Shown here: piece after piece, positions 28,823 to 42,608 of the stretch
Numbering within the stretch: the stretch's first letter is position 1
Layout of the letters: the number at the start of each line of letters is the position of its first letter
Origin: an uncultured SAR86 cluster bacterium
GTDB taxonomy: Bacteria; Pseudomonadota; Gammaproteobacteria; Magnimaribacterales; AG-339-G14
Assembly (NCBI GenBank): GCA_902525435.1
Contig: CABZHD010000001.1
Coordinates: 100,125 to 164,124 of the forward strand
Direction: 5' to 3'
Length of the DNA: 64,000 nucleotides
Program-made: the position numbers and the translations under genes
The notes under the pieces: generated by a model
Seen by the model: the letters and a program-made list of their open reading frames with translations, nothing else
Databases searched by the model: none
Told to the model about the DNA's origin: nothing

Positions 28823-29974
28823 ATGGAAATTGTTAAAAGAAACGGACCACCTGAAGATTTAATATATTTTGATGATGAATTGCCTCTAGAAGAGAAGCAT
28901 GTTGAAGATGTTATAGAAATCTTTAATACCCCTCTAACCGGAGCATACAACTGGGATTACACTGTAGCAGAAAATAGAATTAAAAGACTTTATGAATTAG
29001 GTAAAGAACTAAACTGGAACGGTTCTATTGATTTAGATTGGAGTTACAATCATCCTAAAGATAAGCCTTTAGTTGGTGGAGAATTGTTCGAGCCACCTCA
29101 TGAACAATTAGATGCTTGGAAAAATCTATCTGATGAAGAAAAAATAGAGTTTGATAGACACGAAACAGCTGAACTCCTATGTCAGTTTTTGCATGGAGAA
29201 CAGGGTGCGTTATTAGTTGCCTCACAAATTGCAAGTTGTGCACCAACATACAATGCAAAACTTTATGCTGCTTCACAAACTTTTGATGAAGCAAGACACG
29301 TTGAAGTTTTCAACAGATATCTTCAGGAAAAAATAGGTTTCCATTATCCTGTTAATGCAAACTTAAAAGCTTTGCTTGATAAAATTTTGACTGATGAAAG
29401 ATGGGACCTTAAGTTTATTGGTATGCAAGTAATTATTGAAGGTCTTGCCTTGGCCGCATTTACTAACTTAAAACTAGATACTAATTGCGTACTTCTGAAA
29501 CAACTACTTCATTATGTAATCAGAGATGAAGCCAGACATGTCACCTTCGGGATTAATTATCTAGAAGAATATATAAAAACTTTAAGTCCAGAAGAAGTAG
29601 AAGACAGAGCACAGTTTGCATACGAAGCATGTGTCATTTCAAGAGATAGAATTATTAACACCACTGCTATGCAGAAATTTTTGAAAATGTCTCCTGAGGA
29701 AGCTAGGCAATTTACTTTAGAATCAGGAGCCATGGAAACTTTTAGAAACTTCTTATTCTCAAGAGTCATGCCTAATTTATCAAAAATTGGTCTTTTGACA
29801 GACTCTATCAGACCAAAATATGAAGAATTAGGTTTACTTGAATATGAAAATGCTCCTAGTGATTTTGAAATTGATTGGGCTGAGATAACAAAACCTCTCG
29901 AAAGCTCAGAGCAAATCGTCAAAGAATCAAACGAGCAAGCTAAGGCTGTAGCAGAAATGCTAAACCAAGCTTAA
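28823..29974 (+). CDS. Ferritin-like diiron protein of unknown function
   Basis: QFLHGEQGAL, two DEARH (ExxH) motifs, IIEGLALAAF. Confidence 0.8.
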   Translation: MEIVKRNGPPEDLIYFDDELPLEEKHVEDVIEIFNTPLTGAYNWDYTVAENRIKRLYELGKELNWNGSIDLDWSYNHPKDKPLVGGELFEPPHEQLDAWKNLSDEEKIEFDRHETAELLCQFLHGEQGALLVASQIASCAPTYNAKLYAASQTFDEARHVEVFNRYLQEKIGFHYPVNANLKALLDKILTDERWDLKFIGMQVIIEGLALAAFTNLKLDTNCVLLKQLLHYVIRDEARHVTFGINYLEEYIKTLSPEEVEDRAQFAYEACVISRDRIINTTAMQKFLKMSPEEARQFTLESGAMETFRNFLFSRVMPNLSKIGLLTDSIRPKYEELGLLEYENAPSDFEIDWAEITKPLESSEQIVKESNEQAKAVAEMLNQA

Positions 29975-29977
29975 GTT

Positions 29978-32383
29978 TTATTTAATTTTTAATCTTAAAT
30001 AGAAAGTCAGGTTAGCCTGACTTTCTGCTTTTATGTTATTGAGATTCTCAACAAGAAATAATTTAAGTCCGAATTCGGAAAAATCATTGATTGGAGATGA
30101 ATAATTTGCTGAAAAAACTCTTTCTCTATGTGCAGGCGCCAAGTTAACTTTCACTGTACCCACCGTGGAATTACCAAAATAGTCTCTTCCAGATATAAAT
30201 TTAAGGTCTGCTGTACCTTTTTCTATAGACAAAGGAACTAAATAGTCCAATCTAAAACGATCTTTTTTATTGAAAATATCTTTACCATGAATGCTTAGGT
30301 TTGTTGATGTAAGAAATGATGAATCAGATCTAATATTGATAAAAGAGAAATTTTCATAAGGTTCAGCCCTCATGCCCGTCAATGATATAAAAGCTGAGAA
30401 ATTCTCATTAATAAAAAAATTTGAATCGATAGTTAATATTGAAGAATAGGAATTTTTTGAAGAACTTTGTCCATTTAAAAACATCATCCCAAGATAAGAA
30501 GAATCTTCCTCAAGGCGTCCCAACTTGATGGATGTTTTATTATTTTTTGAGAAAATATTTAACTGAGTTGAAAAATACTTCGAATAAGCCTTATCTTGAT
30601 CAGTCCAGGGATTCCAACCCTGGAAACCTTTGGAAAAACTAAAACCGTAACCAAATCTTTTGTCTTTGAATGAGTATTTTATGCTTGGCCCATTGGATAC
30701 AAAATTTTTAATTGGATCGTAAGAAGTACTTAGTGATGAATAATAATTCTTCTGATTTAAAGATAAATTTAAAGAATTATTGGGATCTAAAGAAAGAGCA
30801 TAAGAAAAACCACTTTTCTGAGTAGTTTGATTAGATAAAAAATCATAATTCTCTACTGTGGAAAATAACTGTAAATATTCATTTCCTAATGTAGGTAAGT
30901 GCGAGTTTGGAAATCTAGGTATATAACTATTCTCTGGATTATTATTTCTTACGAGTTGACTTGCATTAATTGAAAAGGGGGCTCCAAGCTCGTCAAAATA
31001 AGTTAAGAATAGTTTATCGCCTAAGTTATTTAGACTTCCAAATAATGGCGAACTCAAAAAAATGTTTGCCTGAGAAAAAGTGGTTACTTGGTTTGTTATG
31101 GGAGAAATAAAATAGGTTTGTCCAATCGGTTCTATAGCTTTTTTTAAATCAAGAAGACCTTGACCGTAAATATCAGAATTTGAGTAAACACCTTCTTTAT
31201 TTGCTGTTACATAAATACGTTGGAGTATTTCTTGCCCAGTCAATTGACCCCTAAATTTTTCTGTTAATAATGCTACTGCACCGCTGACGAAAGGGGCTGC
31301 GAAAGAAGTTCCTGAACCTGTTCCATAGTTATCATTTTCAGGATATTCAGTAGTAACATAGGCCCCGGTAATATTCTCGCCCGGAGCAGCAACACAAAAA
31401 TCTTTTGCTAAGCCACAACGATTAGAGTGATCTGCAATTAGACCTTCTTCGTTAACTGAAACAACCGCAACAGAGGTATCCTGGAGCTCTTCGATAAAAT
31501 AGACCATTCCTGGAAAAATTTCTGGACTGGAGTTATCAACTTGTTGTTCTGAATATCCTCCTGCATTACCTGCACTCCATACAAAAATAGTTTTATTAAT
31601 TTTATTCTGTTGCGCAATGGTTTCTATTACAGTAGGAAAAGATGCTCTAACTGCAGGCTCCTCATAATCTGCAATGTTTCCTTGCATTCCATAACTATTA
31701 TTCACTGCCGTAACATATCTAGATGTAAAGTCTTTATAAAAAGAGGCATATGCCTGATCAAGACCACTGTAATCCTCTGCATTTTCTTCAGTTACTTCTA
31801 CAGGTTCATAATCTTCATCAGGTTCTGCAAGAGGGATAGCAATAAAATGAATTTGGGCATTATAGGCAACTCCCTGAATATCATTAGGATTATTGCTTTC
31901 ATCTCTATCTCCTGCTGCAATTGATGCAACAAAAGTTCCATGAGTTTTATCATCCGCTGTGGGTACTCTATACCCTGAAAAATTTGAATAGTCTAAAACA
32001 CTATCAGTTGTAATTTTGTTCTGCGAATCAAGCTCGACATGATTTGTTTCAATTCCACTATCCATTATTCCAATGGTTGTTCCAGCACCAGAAAGACTAT
32101 TTGCATATGGCTCTGCAGCATTAATCATGGCAAGCCCGTATTGATTTATATACTCAACCGAACTTGTAAATTTTGTCATCAACTCTACGTAAGATGCAGT
32201 TGAGTCTGAACTACTAGAGTCTTGAGAAGATGGTGTTTGACTTGAATTTGATTGAGAGTTCTGAGGAGGAACGTCATTGTTTGGAGAAGAAGGCTGTGTT
32301 GAACCACCCTTCCCTCCGCCACCACAGTTAGCCAATGCGATTGCAAAAAAACAAATTGTAATAATTTGCTTAAAATTCTTCAT
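29978..32383 (-). CDS. Subtilisin-like S8 serine protease lipoprotein with beta-rich C-terminal domain
   Basis: Probable start MKNFKQ... at 32383 with lipobox LANC-GGGG and a Ser-rich linker; triad IMDSG / HGTFVA / GTSFAAP; oxyanion SAGN. Confidence 0.85.
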   Translation of the reverse strand: MKNFKQIITICFFAIALANCGGGGKGGSTQPSSPNNDVPPQNSQSNSSQTPSSQDSSSSDSTASYVELMTKFTSSVEYINQYGLAMINAAEPYANSLSGAGTTIGIMDSGIETNHVELDSQNKITTDSVLDYSNFSGYRVPTADDKTHGTFVASIAAGDRDESNNPNDIQGVAYNAQIHFIAIPLAEPDEDYEPVEVTEENAEDYSGLDQAYASFYKDFTSRYVTAVNNSYGMQGNIADYEEPAVRASFPTVIETIAQQNKINKTIFVWSAGNAGGYSEQQVDNSSPEIFPGMVYFIEELQDTSVAVVSVNEEGLIADHSNRCGLAKDFCVAAPGENITGAYVTTEYPENDNYGTGSGTSFAAPFVSGAVALLTEKFRGQLTGQEILQRIYVTANKEGVYSNSDIYGQGLLDLKKAIEPIGQTYFISPITNQVTTFSQANIFLSSPLFGSLNNLGDKLFLTYFDELGAPFSINASQLVRNNNPENSYIPRFPNSHLPTLGNEYLQLFSTVENYDFLSNQTTQKSGFSYALSLDPNNSLNLSLNQKNYYSSLSTSYDPIKNFVSNGPSIKYSFKDKRFGYGFSFSKGFQGWNPWTDQDKAYSKYFSTQLNIFSKNNKTSIKLGRLEEDSSYLGMMFLNGQSSSKNSYSSILTIDSNFFINENFSAFISLTGMRAEPYENFSFINIRSDSSFLTSTNLSIHGKDIFNKKDRFRLDYLVPLSIEKGTADLKFISGRDYFGNSTVGTVKVNLAPAHRERVFSANYSSPINDFSEFGLKLFLVENLNNIKAESQANLTFYLRLKIK

Positions 32384-32408
32384 GTATGATGTAAACAAAA
32401 AAAGTTCG

Positions 32409-33206
32409 ATGAAAGTAGGAATTGATTTTGGTATTAGTTTCACAGATTTATCTATTCTAGATGAATCTGAACCAAAGTTTATATCTTTCGATTCTAAAAA
32501 GTTATCAGTTTCTAATATTTCAAAACAAATTCATAAATTAGTTAATTTTGATGATGTCGAATTCATAGGTGTGACAGGAGGAAAGCACTATGATTTACCT
32601 TCAAAGATTGATGGAATTGAGTTATCGCATGCAAATGAAATAGATGCCATCAGTAAAGGTACAAATTACTTGGCTAAAAATGATAAAAAAAAGTTAATTA
32701 TCAGCTCCGGATCTGGTACGGCATTCGTCTTAAGTGACGGAAATATGATATCTCATGCAGGGGGAACAGGCGTTGGAGGAGGAACTATAGTTGGTTTGTG
32801 TAATCTAATTAATGATGAAAATAATCCTGATGTAATCAATAAACTTGCGAATCGAGGTAAGGTAGAAAAGGTAGATTTATTACTTAATGAAGTTGTATCA
32901 GGACCAATAGGCGAATTACCCAAAGATGCAACCGCTGTAAATTTTGGAAAAGTAAGATATAAAAATAAATCAACTAAAGCAGACAAAGCAGCTGCAATAA
33001 TGAATTTAGTCGGACAAACTGTTGCGAGAATGGCTTCTGCAACTGCAGTAGCATTCAACTGCGAGAATGTTTACGTAGTTGGGAGAACGCCTCAATATGA
33101 TTTATACAAGAGCGTTCTAAAAAGGTGGATTTCTTTTGCTGGATTATCGGCCGATTTTCCAAAGAACGGAGAGTTTGCAAGCTCTTTAGGGACTCTTATT
33201 GATTAA
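32409..33206 (+). CDS. coaW: Type II pantothenate kinase (CoaW/fumble family)
   Basis: Start MKVGIDFGISFTD; motifs VTGG, NEIDAISKG, GSGT, GGTGVGGGTIVGL, VDLL, TAVNFGK. Confidence 0.75.
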   Translation: MKVGIDFGISFTDLSILDESEPKFISFDSKKLSVSNISKQIHKLVNFDDVEFIGVTGGKHYDLPSKIDGIELSHANEIDAISKGTNYLAKNDKKKLIISSGSGTAFVLSDGNMISHAGGTGVGGGTIVGLCNLINDENNPDVINKLANRGKVEKVDLLLNEVVSGPIGELPKDATAVNFGKVRYKNKSTKADKAAAIMNLVGQTVARMASATAVAFNCENVYVVGRTPQYDLYKSVLKRWISFAGLSADFPKNGEFASSLGTLID

Positions 33207-34814
33207 AGAATTATCTCTTATGGATCTAAATTCATTGTTTTGGTACCAATTAGGGAATTCTCTCGAATTTGCTAAATCCTTTGTCATTGAATAGAAGATA
33301 TCTATATCTTCAGCTATTCCATCATAATTCCAATCTTCGTATACTTCATCTGCTACCTGATGATAGAGATTGCTAGTATATTCTGCTGCATACTTCATGC
33401 CTTTTTCCAAACCTCCATCAACAAGGTCGTACCCCGGATCTGCATACAAAACAGGGATTCCTTTTTTTGCAAAACTTATGTGATCTGATCGGTAGAAAAA
33501 TCCTTTTTCAGGGAACAAGTCTGGCGTTATGACTTTTGAATATTTCTTTAAGTGTCTTTTGAGAACATCTTCTAGTTCAGAGGCTCCATAGCCAATAACT
33601 AACATATCTTTTGTTTTACCAATTGCGGGTATTCCGTCAAAATTCATTCCTGCAATAATTTGAGAATAGTCAAAAGGAAAATTCTCAGCTAAATACGCTG
33701 AACCTAATAATCCTGATTCTTCAGCAGTTAAACCGAGAAACATAATAGACCTTTCTGTATCTTCATTTTTTAATCTCTCAGCTACGCTCATAATCAAAGC
33801 AGTTCCGGTAGCATTATCAACGGCTCCATTATAGATTTGGTCTCCATCTAAGGAAGAATCCTTACCTAGATGATCCCAATGGGCCATCAACATTATGAAT
33901 TCATTAGGATAAGTCTTCCCTTTTTTTATGCCAACTACATTATGAGAATTTGAATATTTAATTTGATTGTTAATTTTTGCACTTACCTGAAAGCCTTCCA
34001 GCTCGATGGCTTTGAAGTTTTTCTTCAAAGCAGCACTTTTCATTTCTTCGTAGGAAGATCCAATAAGAGAGAAAATTTTCTCTGAAGTCTCTTTGGTAAT
34101 CCATCCTTCAATCTTTGCTCTATGGACATTCTTTGATTCTGAATATAAATCCAATTGAGGTCCTGTGTTACTTGTCTCTACAACGTTCCATCCGTATGCA
34201 GCTGGAGCAGTTTCATGAATGATGAGCATCCCTGTAGCTCCTTTTTTTGCAACTTCTTCAAATTTATAGGTCCATCTACCGTAGTAAGTCATGGCTTTTC
34301 CTTTAAATATATTTTCATTTTCCAGCTCAAAACCTGGATCATTGATTAAAGCTACAACTACTTTTCCTTTTAGATCTACTCCTTCATAGTCATTCCAATC
34401 GTATTCAGGAGCATCAACGCCATAGCCTATAAAAACCATCTTTTGATTTTTTAGTTCAACTTCATTGACTTGCCGTTTTGTCCAAAAAACATAATCAGTT
34501 CCAAAGTCTATATCTAACTTCTTATCGTTATGGGAAATAGAAAAAGTTGATGAATTCTTAAGAGTTATTTCAGTTAATTTTACATCGCTAAGATAGCTAC
34601 CGTCCAAACCTTCAAGTCCAAATTCTGAAAACTTTTCCGATATAAAGTTCTTAGTTTTAATTCCTCCCAGTGTGCCAGGGGCTCTGCCCTCAAAATCATC
34701 TGAAGATAATGTTTCTACGTAGTCGATAAAGTTATCCATATATTCTGAAGAAATAGATGGTACTTGAGTACAAGATAGTAAGAAAAGGAAAATAAGTAAT
34801 GAAAAGGTTCTCAT
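33186..34814 (-). CDS. M28 family aminopeptidase lipoprotein with PA domain
   Basis: Lipobox LLSC; motifs FEGRAPG, YYGRWTYK, AHWDHLG, GAVDNATG, AEESGLLGS, RSDH. Confidence 0.9.
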   Translation of the reverse strand: MRTFSLLIFLFLLSCTQVPSISSEYMDNFIDYVETLSSDDFEGRAPGTLGGIKTKNFISEKFSEFGLEGLDGSYLSDVKLTEITLKNSSTFSISHNDKKLDIDFGTDYVFWTKRQVNEVELKNQKMVFIGYGVDAPEYDWNDYEGVDLKGKVVVALINDPGFELENENIFKGKAMTYYGRWTYKFEEVAKKGATGMLIIHETAPAAYGWNVVETSNTGPQLDLYSESKNVHRAKIEGWITKETSEKIFSLIGSSYEEMKSAALKKNFKAIELEGFQVSAKINNQIKYSNSHNVVGIKKGKTYPNEFIMLMAHWDHLGKDSSLDGDQIYNGAVDNATGTALIMSVAERLKNEDTERSIMFLGLTAEESGLLGSAYLAENFPFDYSQIIAGMNFDGIPAIGKTKDMLVIGYGASELEDVLKRHLKKYSKVITPDLFPEKGFFYRSDHISFAKKGIPVLYADPGYDLVDGGLEKGMKYAAEYTSNLYHQVADEVYEDWNYDGIAEDIDIFYSMTKDLANSREFPNWYQNNEFRSIRDNSLINKSP

Positions 34815-34834
34815 ATTGAGAATATAAACGAAAA

Positions 34835-34951
34835 GCTCGACGATGTCCTACTCTCGCGTAACAAAAGCTACACTACCATCGGCGCTAAGTGGTTTCACTT
34901 CTGAGTTCGGAATGGAATCAGGTGGGACACACTTGCTATTGTCATCGAGCA
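34835..34951 (-). rRNA. rrf: 5S rRNA
   Basis: Minus strand contains CCACCTGATTCCATTCCGAACTCAGAAGTGAAAC...GCCGATGGTAGTGT...GAGAGTAGGAC; the ends pair. Boundaries approximate. Confidence 0.95.
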
Positions 34952-35024
34952 AAATTCGTTTTTCGTATTGAATTCCAAATATTCTGGCTTAGTTTAGAAA
35001 AATTTCTAAATAACTAAAAATATA

Positions 35025-37930
<2,906 letters not shown>

Positions 37931-37998
37931 ATATATTTTTAATTACTTAAAAATTATGAAAGTTTTCTGATTACTAAGCGCCAGAATTTGCCATTAGC

Positions 37999-38109
37999 AT
38001 TCTGAGATAAATCTCAGAATATTACTTGGTGAATTATCAAAAAATTTTGATAAAACAATCAACAATTGATAACAAAAATTGTTGATCATGAATGAATAAA
38101 TTCATTCAT
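37999..38109. repeat. Four tandem AT-rich inverted repeats in the 16S-23S spacer
   Basis: ATTCTGAGAT/ATCTCAGAAT, TTATCAAAA/TTTTGATAA, ATCAACAATT/AATTGTTGAT, ATGAATGAAT/ATTCATTCAT. Confidence 0.85.
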
Positions 38110-38125
38110 ATTTTGGAATTACAAT

Positions 38126-38139
38126 ACTTTTAAAGAACT
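38126..38139 (-). promoter_or_regulatory. Spacer boxA-like antitermination site
   Basis: AGTTCTTTAAAAG resembles the consensus TGCTCTTTAACAA and follows a boxB-like hairpin. Confidence 0.55.
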
Positions 38140-38228
38140 CTTAAGATCTAAATAGTGTCAATTTAGCGATCTGTAGAAAATTCAAGTAATTCGAACGGAC
38201 ACTCACAATATTAAGTCGTGTATATATT

Positions 38229-39760
<1,532 letters not shown>

Positions 39761-39960
39761 AAAAATGGACGCTCAATAAATGAACATCAATTACGAGTGT
39801 GAGTTGTCGTGTAACAACTCATCAAATGAAGTTTTAAAAAACTTCTAAAAAAATTGCACGAACCTTAATATTTAAGGCAAGTGCCCGCACGAATTACTTG
39901 AATAAACTGTAAAAAAACACCCCTGCAAATGCGCAAAAAAAAAAGGATTTTTGGCGTTCG

Positions 39961-39996
39961 GGACGGTCAGTATACATTTGTTTAAAAAAAAACAAA
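39961..39996 (-). promoter_or_regulatory. Putative rRNA promoter
   Basis: TTGTTT...TATACT followed by a GC-rich discriminator GACCGTCC; A/T tract upstream. Confidence 0.6.
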
Positions 39997-40008
39997 GTAC
40001 TATTTTTT

Positions 40009-41223
40009 TTAACTTACCAGCTTGATTCTTAGATGCTTTCTTTTACCTATTTGGAAGTAATTTTCTTCTCCCAAATTTATCAAAAGATCAGGATTTTCAA
40101 CTTTTTTATTGTTCATTTTAATCCCTGATTGTTTTATCAATCTTCTACACTCTGACTTACTTTGAATAAATTCATTACCTAAATCCTCATGAGTAAGAAG
40201 TTCAACGATTGAAATCTCAGAGGTTTCATTTATTTCAAAAATAGGGACTTCATTAGGTTCTAACTTGTTACTAAAAACATTTGTGAATGCTATCTCGGCA
40301 TTATCTGATGATTTCTTGTCATAAAACCTTTCAACAATTTCTGTGGCAAGTTTCTTTTTAAAGATCATAGGATTCTCTCCGTTTTTAACCTTATCTTTAA
40401 ATGAAGTTATCTCATCATTAGATCTGAAGCTGAGTAAATCAAAATATCTCCACATTAAATCATCAGATATGGACATAACTTTTCCAAACATTTCATTTGG
40501 TTTGTCATTTAAAGCTATGTAGTTATTTAGAGATTTTGACATCTTTTTAACACCATCTAATCCTTCTAATAAAGGTACGGTAATAATTACTTGCTCATTC
40601 TGTCCATAATGTTTCTGAACTTCTCTACCGACTAGAAGATTAAACTTTTGATCAGTTCCTCCTAATTCGATGTCTGCTTTCAGCGCAAAGGAGTCATATC
40701 CTTGAACGAGTGGATATAAAAATTCATGCAAAGAAATCGGCTTATTATTTTCATATCTTTTTTTAAAGTCATCTCTTTCTAGCATTCTCGCAACAGTCAT
40801 TATCGAGGAGAGTTTTATAAATTCATCAGGTTTCAATTTTTTAAACCAAGATGAATTAAATTTAATTTTAGTTTTCTTTTTATCAAGAATTTTAAAAACT
40901 TGATCAGCGTAAGTTTTCGAATTCTCTATTAATTTCTTTTCATCGATATTTGGTCTTGTCTCGTTGACTCCTGAGGGATCACCAATTAAGCCAGTAAAAT
41001 CTCCTATTAAAAATATTACCTTATGTCCCAAATCCTGAAATGCTTTGAGTTTGTTTATAAGTACCGTATGCCCTAAATGCAGGTCTGCTGAGGTAGGATC
41101 AAATCCAGCCTTAACTGTAAGTTTTTTTTTAGTTGTCAATAATTTCTTAAAAGAATCTTCGGGTATGATTTCATCAGAACCTCTTTTGATAATTTCAAGA
41201 GCTTGTTTAGTATCTTTATCCAT
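40009..41223 (-). CDS. tyrS: Tyrosyl-tRNA synthetase
   Basis: Motifs [35 protein letters not shown]; C-terminal S4 domain. Confidence 0.97.
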   Translation of the reverse strand: MDKDTKQALEIIKRGSDEIIPEDSFKKLLTTKKKLTVKAGFDPTSADLHLGHTVLINKLKAFQDLGHKVIFLIGDFTGLIGDPSGVNETRPNIDEKKLIENSKTYADQVFKILDKKKTKIKFNSSWFKKLKPDEFIKLSSIMTVARMLERDDFKKRYENNKPISLHEFLYPLVQGYDSFALKADIELGGTDQKFNLLVGREVQKHYGQNEQVIITVPLLEGLDGVKKMSKSLNNYIALNDKPNEMFGKVMSISDDLMWRYFDLLSFRSNDEITSFKDKVKNGENPMIFKKKLATEIVERFYDKKSSDNAEIAFTNVFSNKLEPNEVPIFEINETSEISIVELLTHEDLGNEFIQSKSECRRLIKQSGIKMNNKKVENPDLLINLGEENYFQIGKRKHLRIKLVS

Positions 41224-41288
41224 GATCTGTGTTTATGATAATTTAGATCAACCTTATTTACCTATTTTTTTAATTTAAAATTCAATTA

Positions 41289-42608
41289 ATGCTTAGTTTT
41301 TTTAAAGAAATTCGAATTTATTTAGGAATCATATTCTTATTAATAAGTTCTTTAATAGCTCTGATGTACTTCTCATTACCAACTGGATTAGAGGAATTTT
41401 CTTTATCTTTACCTGCTGATGAAGAAATAAAATATGAGCGAGAAACAATAAAACTAGGGCAACAAGATGACAATGGAGTCATCAAGACAGATGACAAAAA
41501 GGTATACAAGCAGATAAAAGTTAAGAGTCAGGATAATTTAATAAAGATTCTAAGAAACGAAAATATTCCAGATAGGTTTATCCAAGCCTTAGTAAGAGCA
41601 AAAGGTTCAGAAAGAATGGCCAGAATCAAAGAAGGAGACTTTGTAGAAATTGTTCATGATTTCTTAATGAATCCAGCATCAATTTCAGTGACATCAAATT
41701 TTATGGATGGATACGAGGCAATCTTCAAAAATGGTTTATTTAAAATATCTAAGTTTTCAAGAATTCTTGATAGAGAAGAAATCTATCATTCAGCAACGAT
41801 TGAAGATTCTCTCTTTATGTCCGGGAAAAAAAGCAATATTCCTGAAAGTATAATCATGGATTTAGCTTACATATTTGGCTGGGACATTGATTTTATTTAT
41901 GACATAAGATCTGGAGATAGTTTTGAGCTTATATATGAGCAACTTTATTGGAAAGGCAACAAGGTAAGAAATGGGGACATAATTTCTGCTAATTTTTATA
42001 GGGGTGAAAATAAATTCAGTGCTGTTCGATATTTTCAAGATGGCAAAAAGGACTATTTTTCACAAGAAGGAAATAACTTAAAAAAGGCATTCTTGAGATC
42101 TCCCGTAGAATTTAGTTATGTGAGTTCAAAATATAACTTGAATAGAAAACATCCTATTTTGAATACCATAAGAGCTCATACTGGTGTTGACTATGCTGCG
42201 AAAACTGGCACACCAGTCAGAGCTACTGGTGAAGGAACTGTAATCTTTAGAGCAAATAAGGGCGGATATGGAAGATTAATTGAGATAAGGCATTTTAATG
42301 AATACACAACTAGATATGCTCATTTGTCAGGATATGCTAAAGGTCTTCAAGTTGGCTCTAAAGTTGATCAGGGAGACATTATTGGTTATGTAGGTAAGTC
42401 TGGTCTAGCAACTGGACCGCATCTTCATTATGAATTCCGAGTGAATGGGATGCATACAGACCCCTTGAGAGTTAAATTCCCTAATGCCAAGCCTATCGAA
42501 TCAGAAAATAAAGAAGATTTTACGAATTTTGCTTTAGCTCTTGATTTGAAAATGAACACACTTAAAAAAAAGCTTTTTAGTTCAAATGAAGAAAAAATTG
42601 AAGAGTAA
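41289..42608 (+). CDS. M23 peptidoglycan endopeptidase (MepM-like)
   Basis: N-terminal TM helix; motifs HTGVDYAA, YAHL, TGPHLHYEFR. Confidence 0.9.
   Translation: MLSFFKEIRIYLGIIFLLISSLIALMYFSLPTGLEEFSLSLPADEEIKYERETIKLGQQDDNGVIKTDDKKVYKQIKVKSQDNLIKILRNENIPDRFIQALVRAKGSERMARIKEGDFVEIVHDFLMNPASISVTSNFMDGYEAIFKNGLFKISKFSRILDREEIYHSATIEDSLFMSGKKSNIPESIIMDLAYIFGWDIDFIYDIRSGDSFELIYEQLYWKGNKVRNGDIISANFYRGENKFSAVRYFQDGKKDYFSQEGNNLKKAFLRSPVEFSYVSSKYNLNRKHPILNTIRAHTGVDYAAKTGTPVRATGEGTVIFRANKGGYGRLIEIRHFNEYTTRYAHLSGYAKGLQVGSKVDQGDIIGYVGKSGLATGPHLHYEFRVNGMHTDPLRVKFPNAKPIESENKEDFTNFALALDLKMNTLKKKLFSSNEEKIEE

Noticed and set aside
28823-29974. Ribonucleotide reductase beta subunit
   Set aside because: No nrdA is adjacent and no recognisable R2-specific motifs exist beyond the generic ExxH pairs.
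32277-32443. Apparent head-to-head overlap of the S8 protease and PanK ORFs
   Set aside because: The better-supported starts are 32383 (signal peptide) and 32409 (MKVGIDFG), leaving a 25-bp gap.
37999-38109. ITS hairpins as a tRNA, MITE or REP element
   Set aside because: There are no tRNA motifs, the four stems are unrelated in sequence, and no copies were noticed elsewhere in the window.
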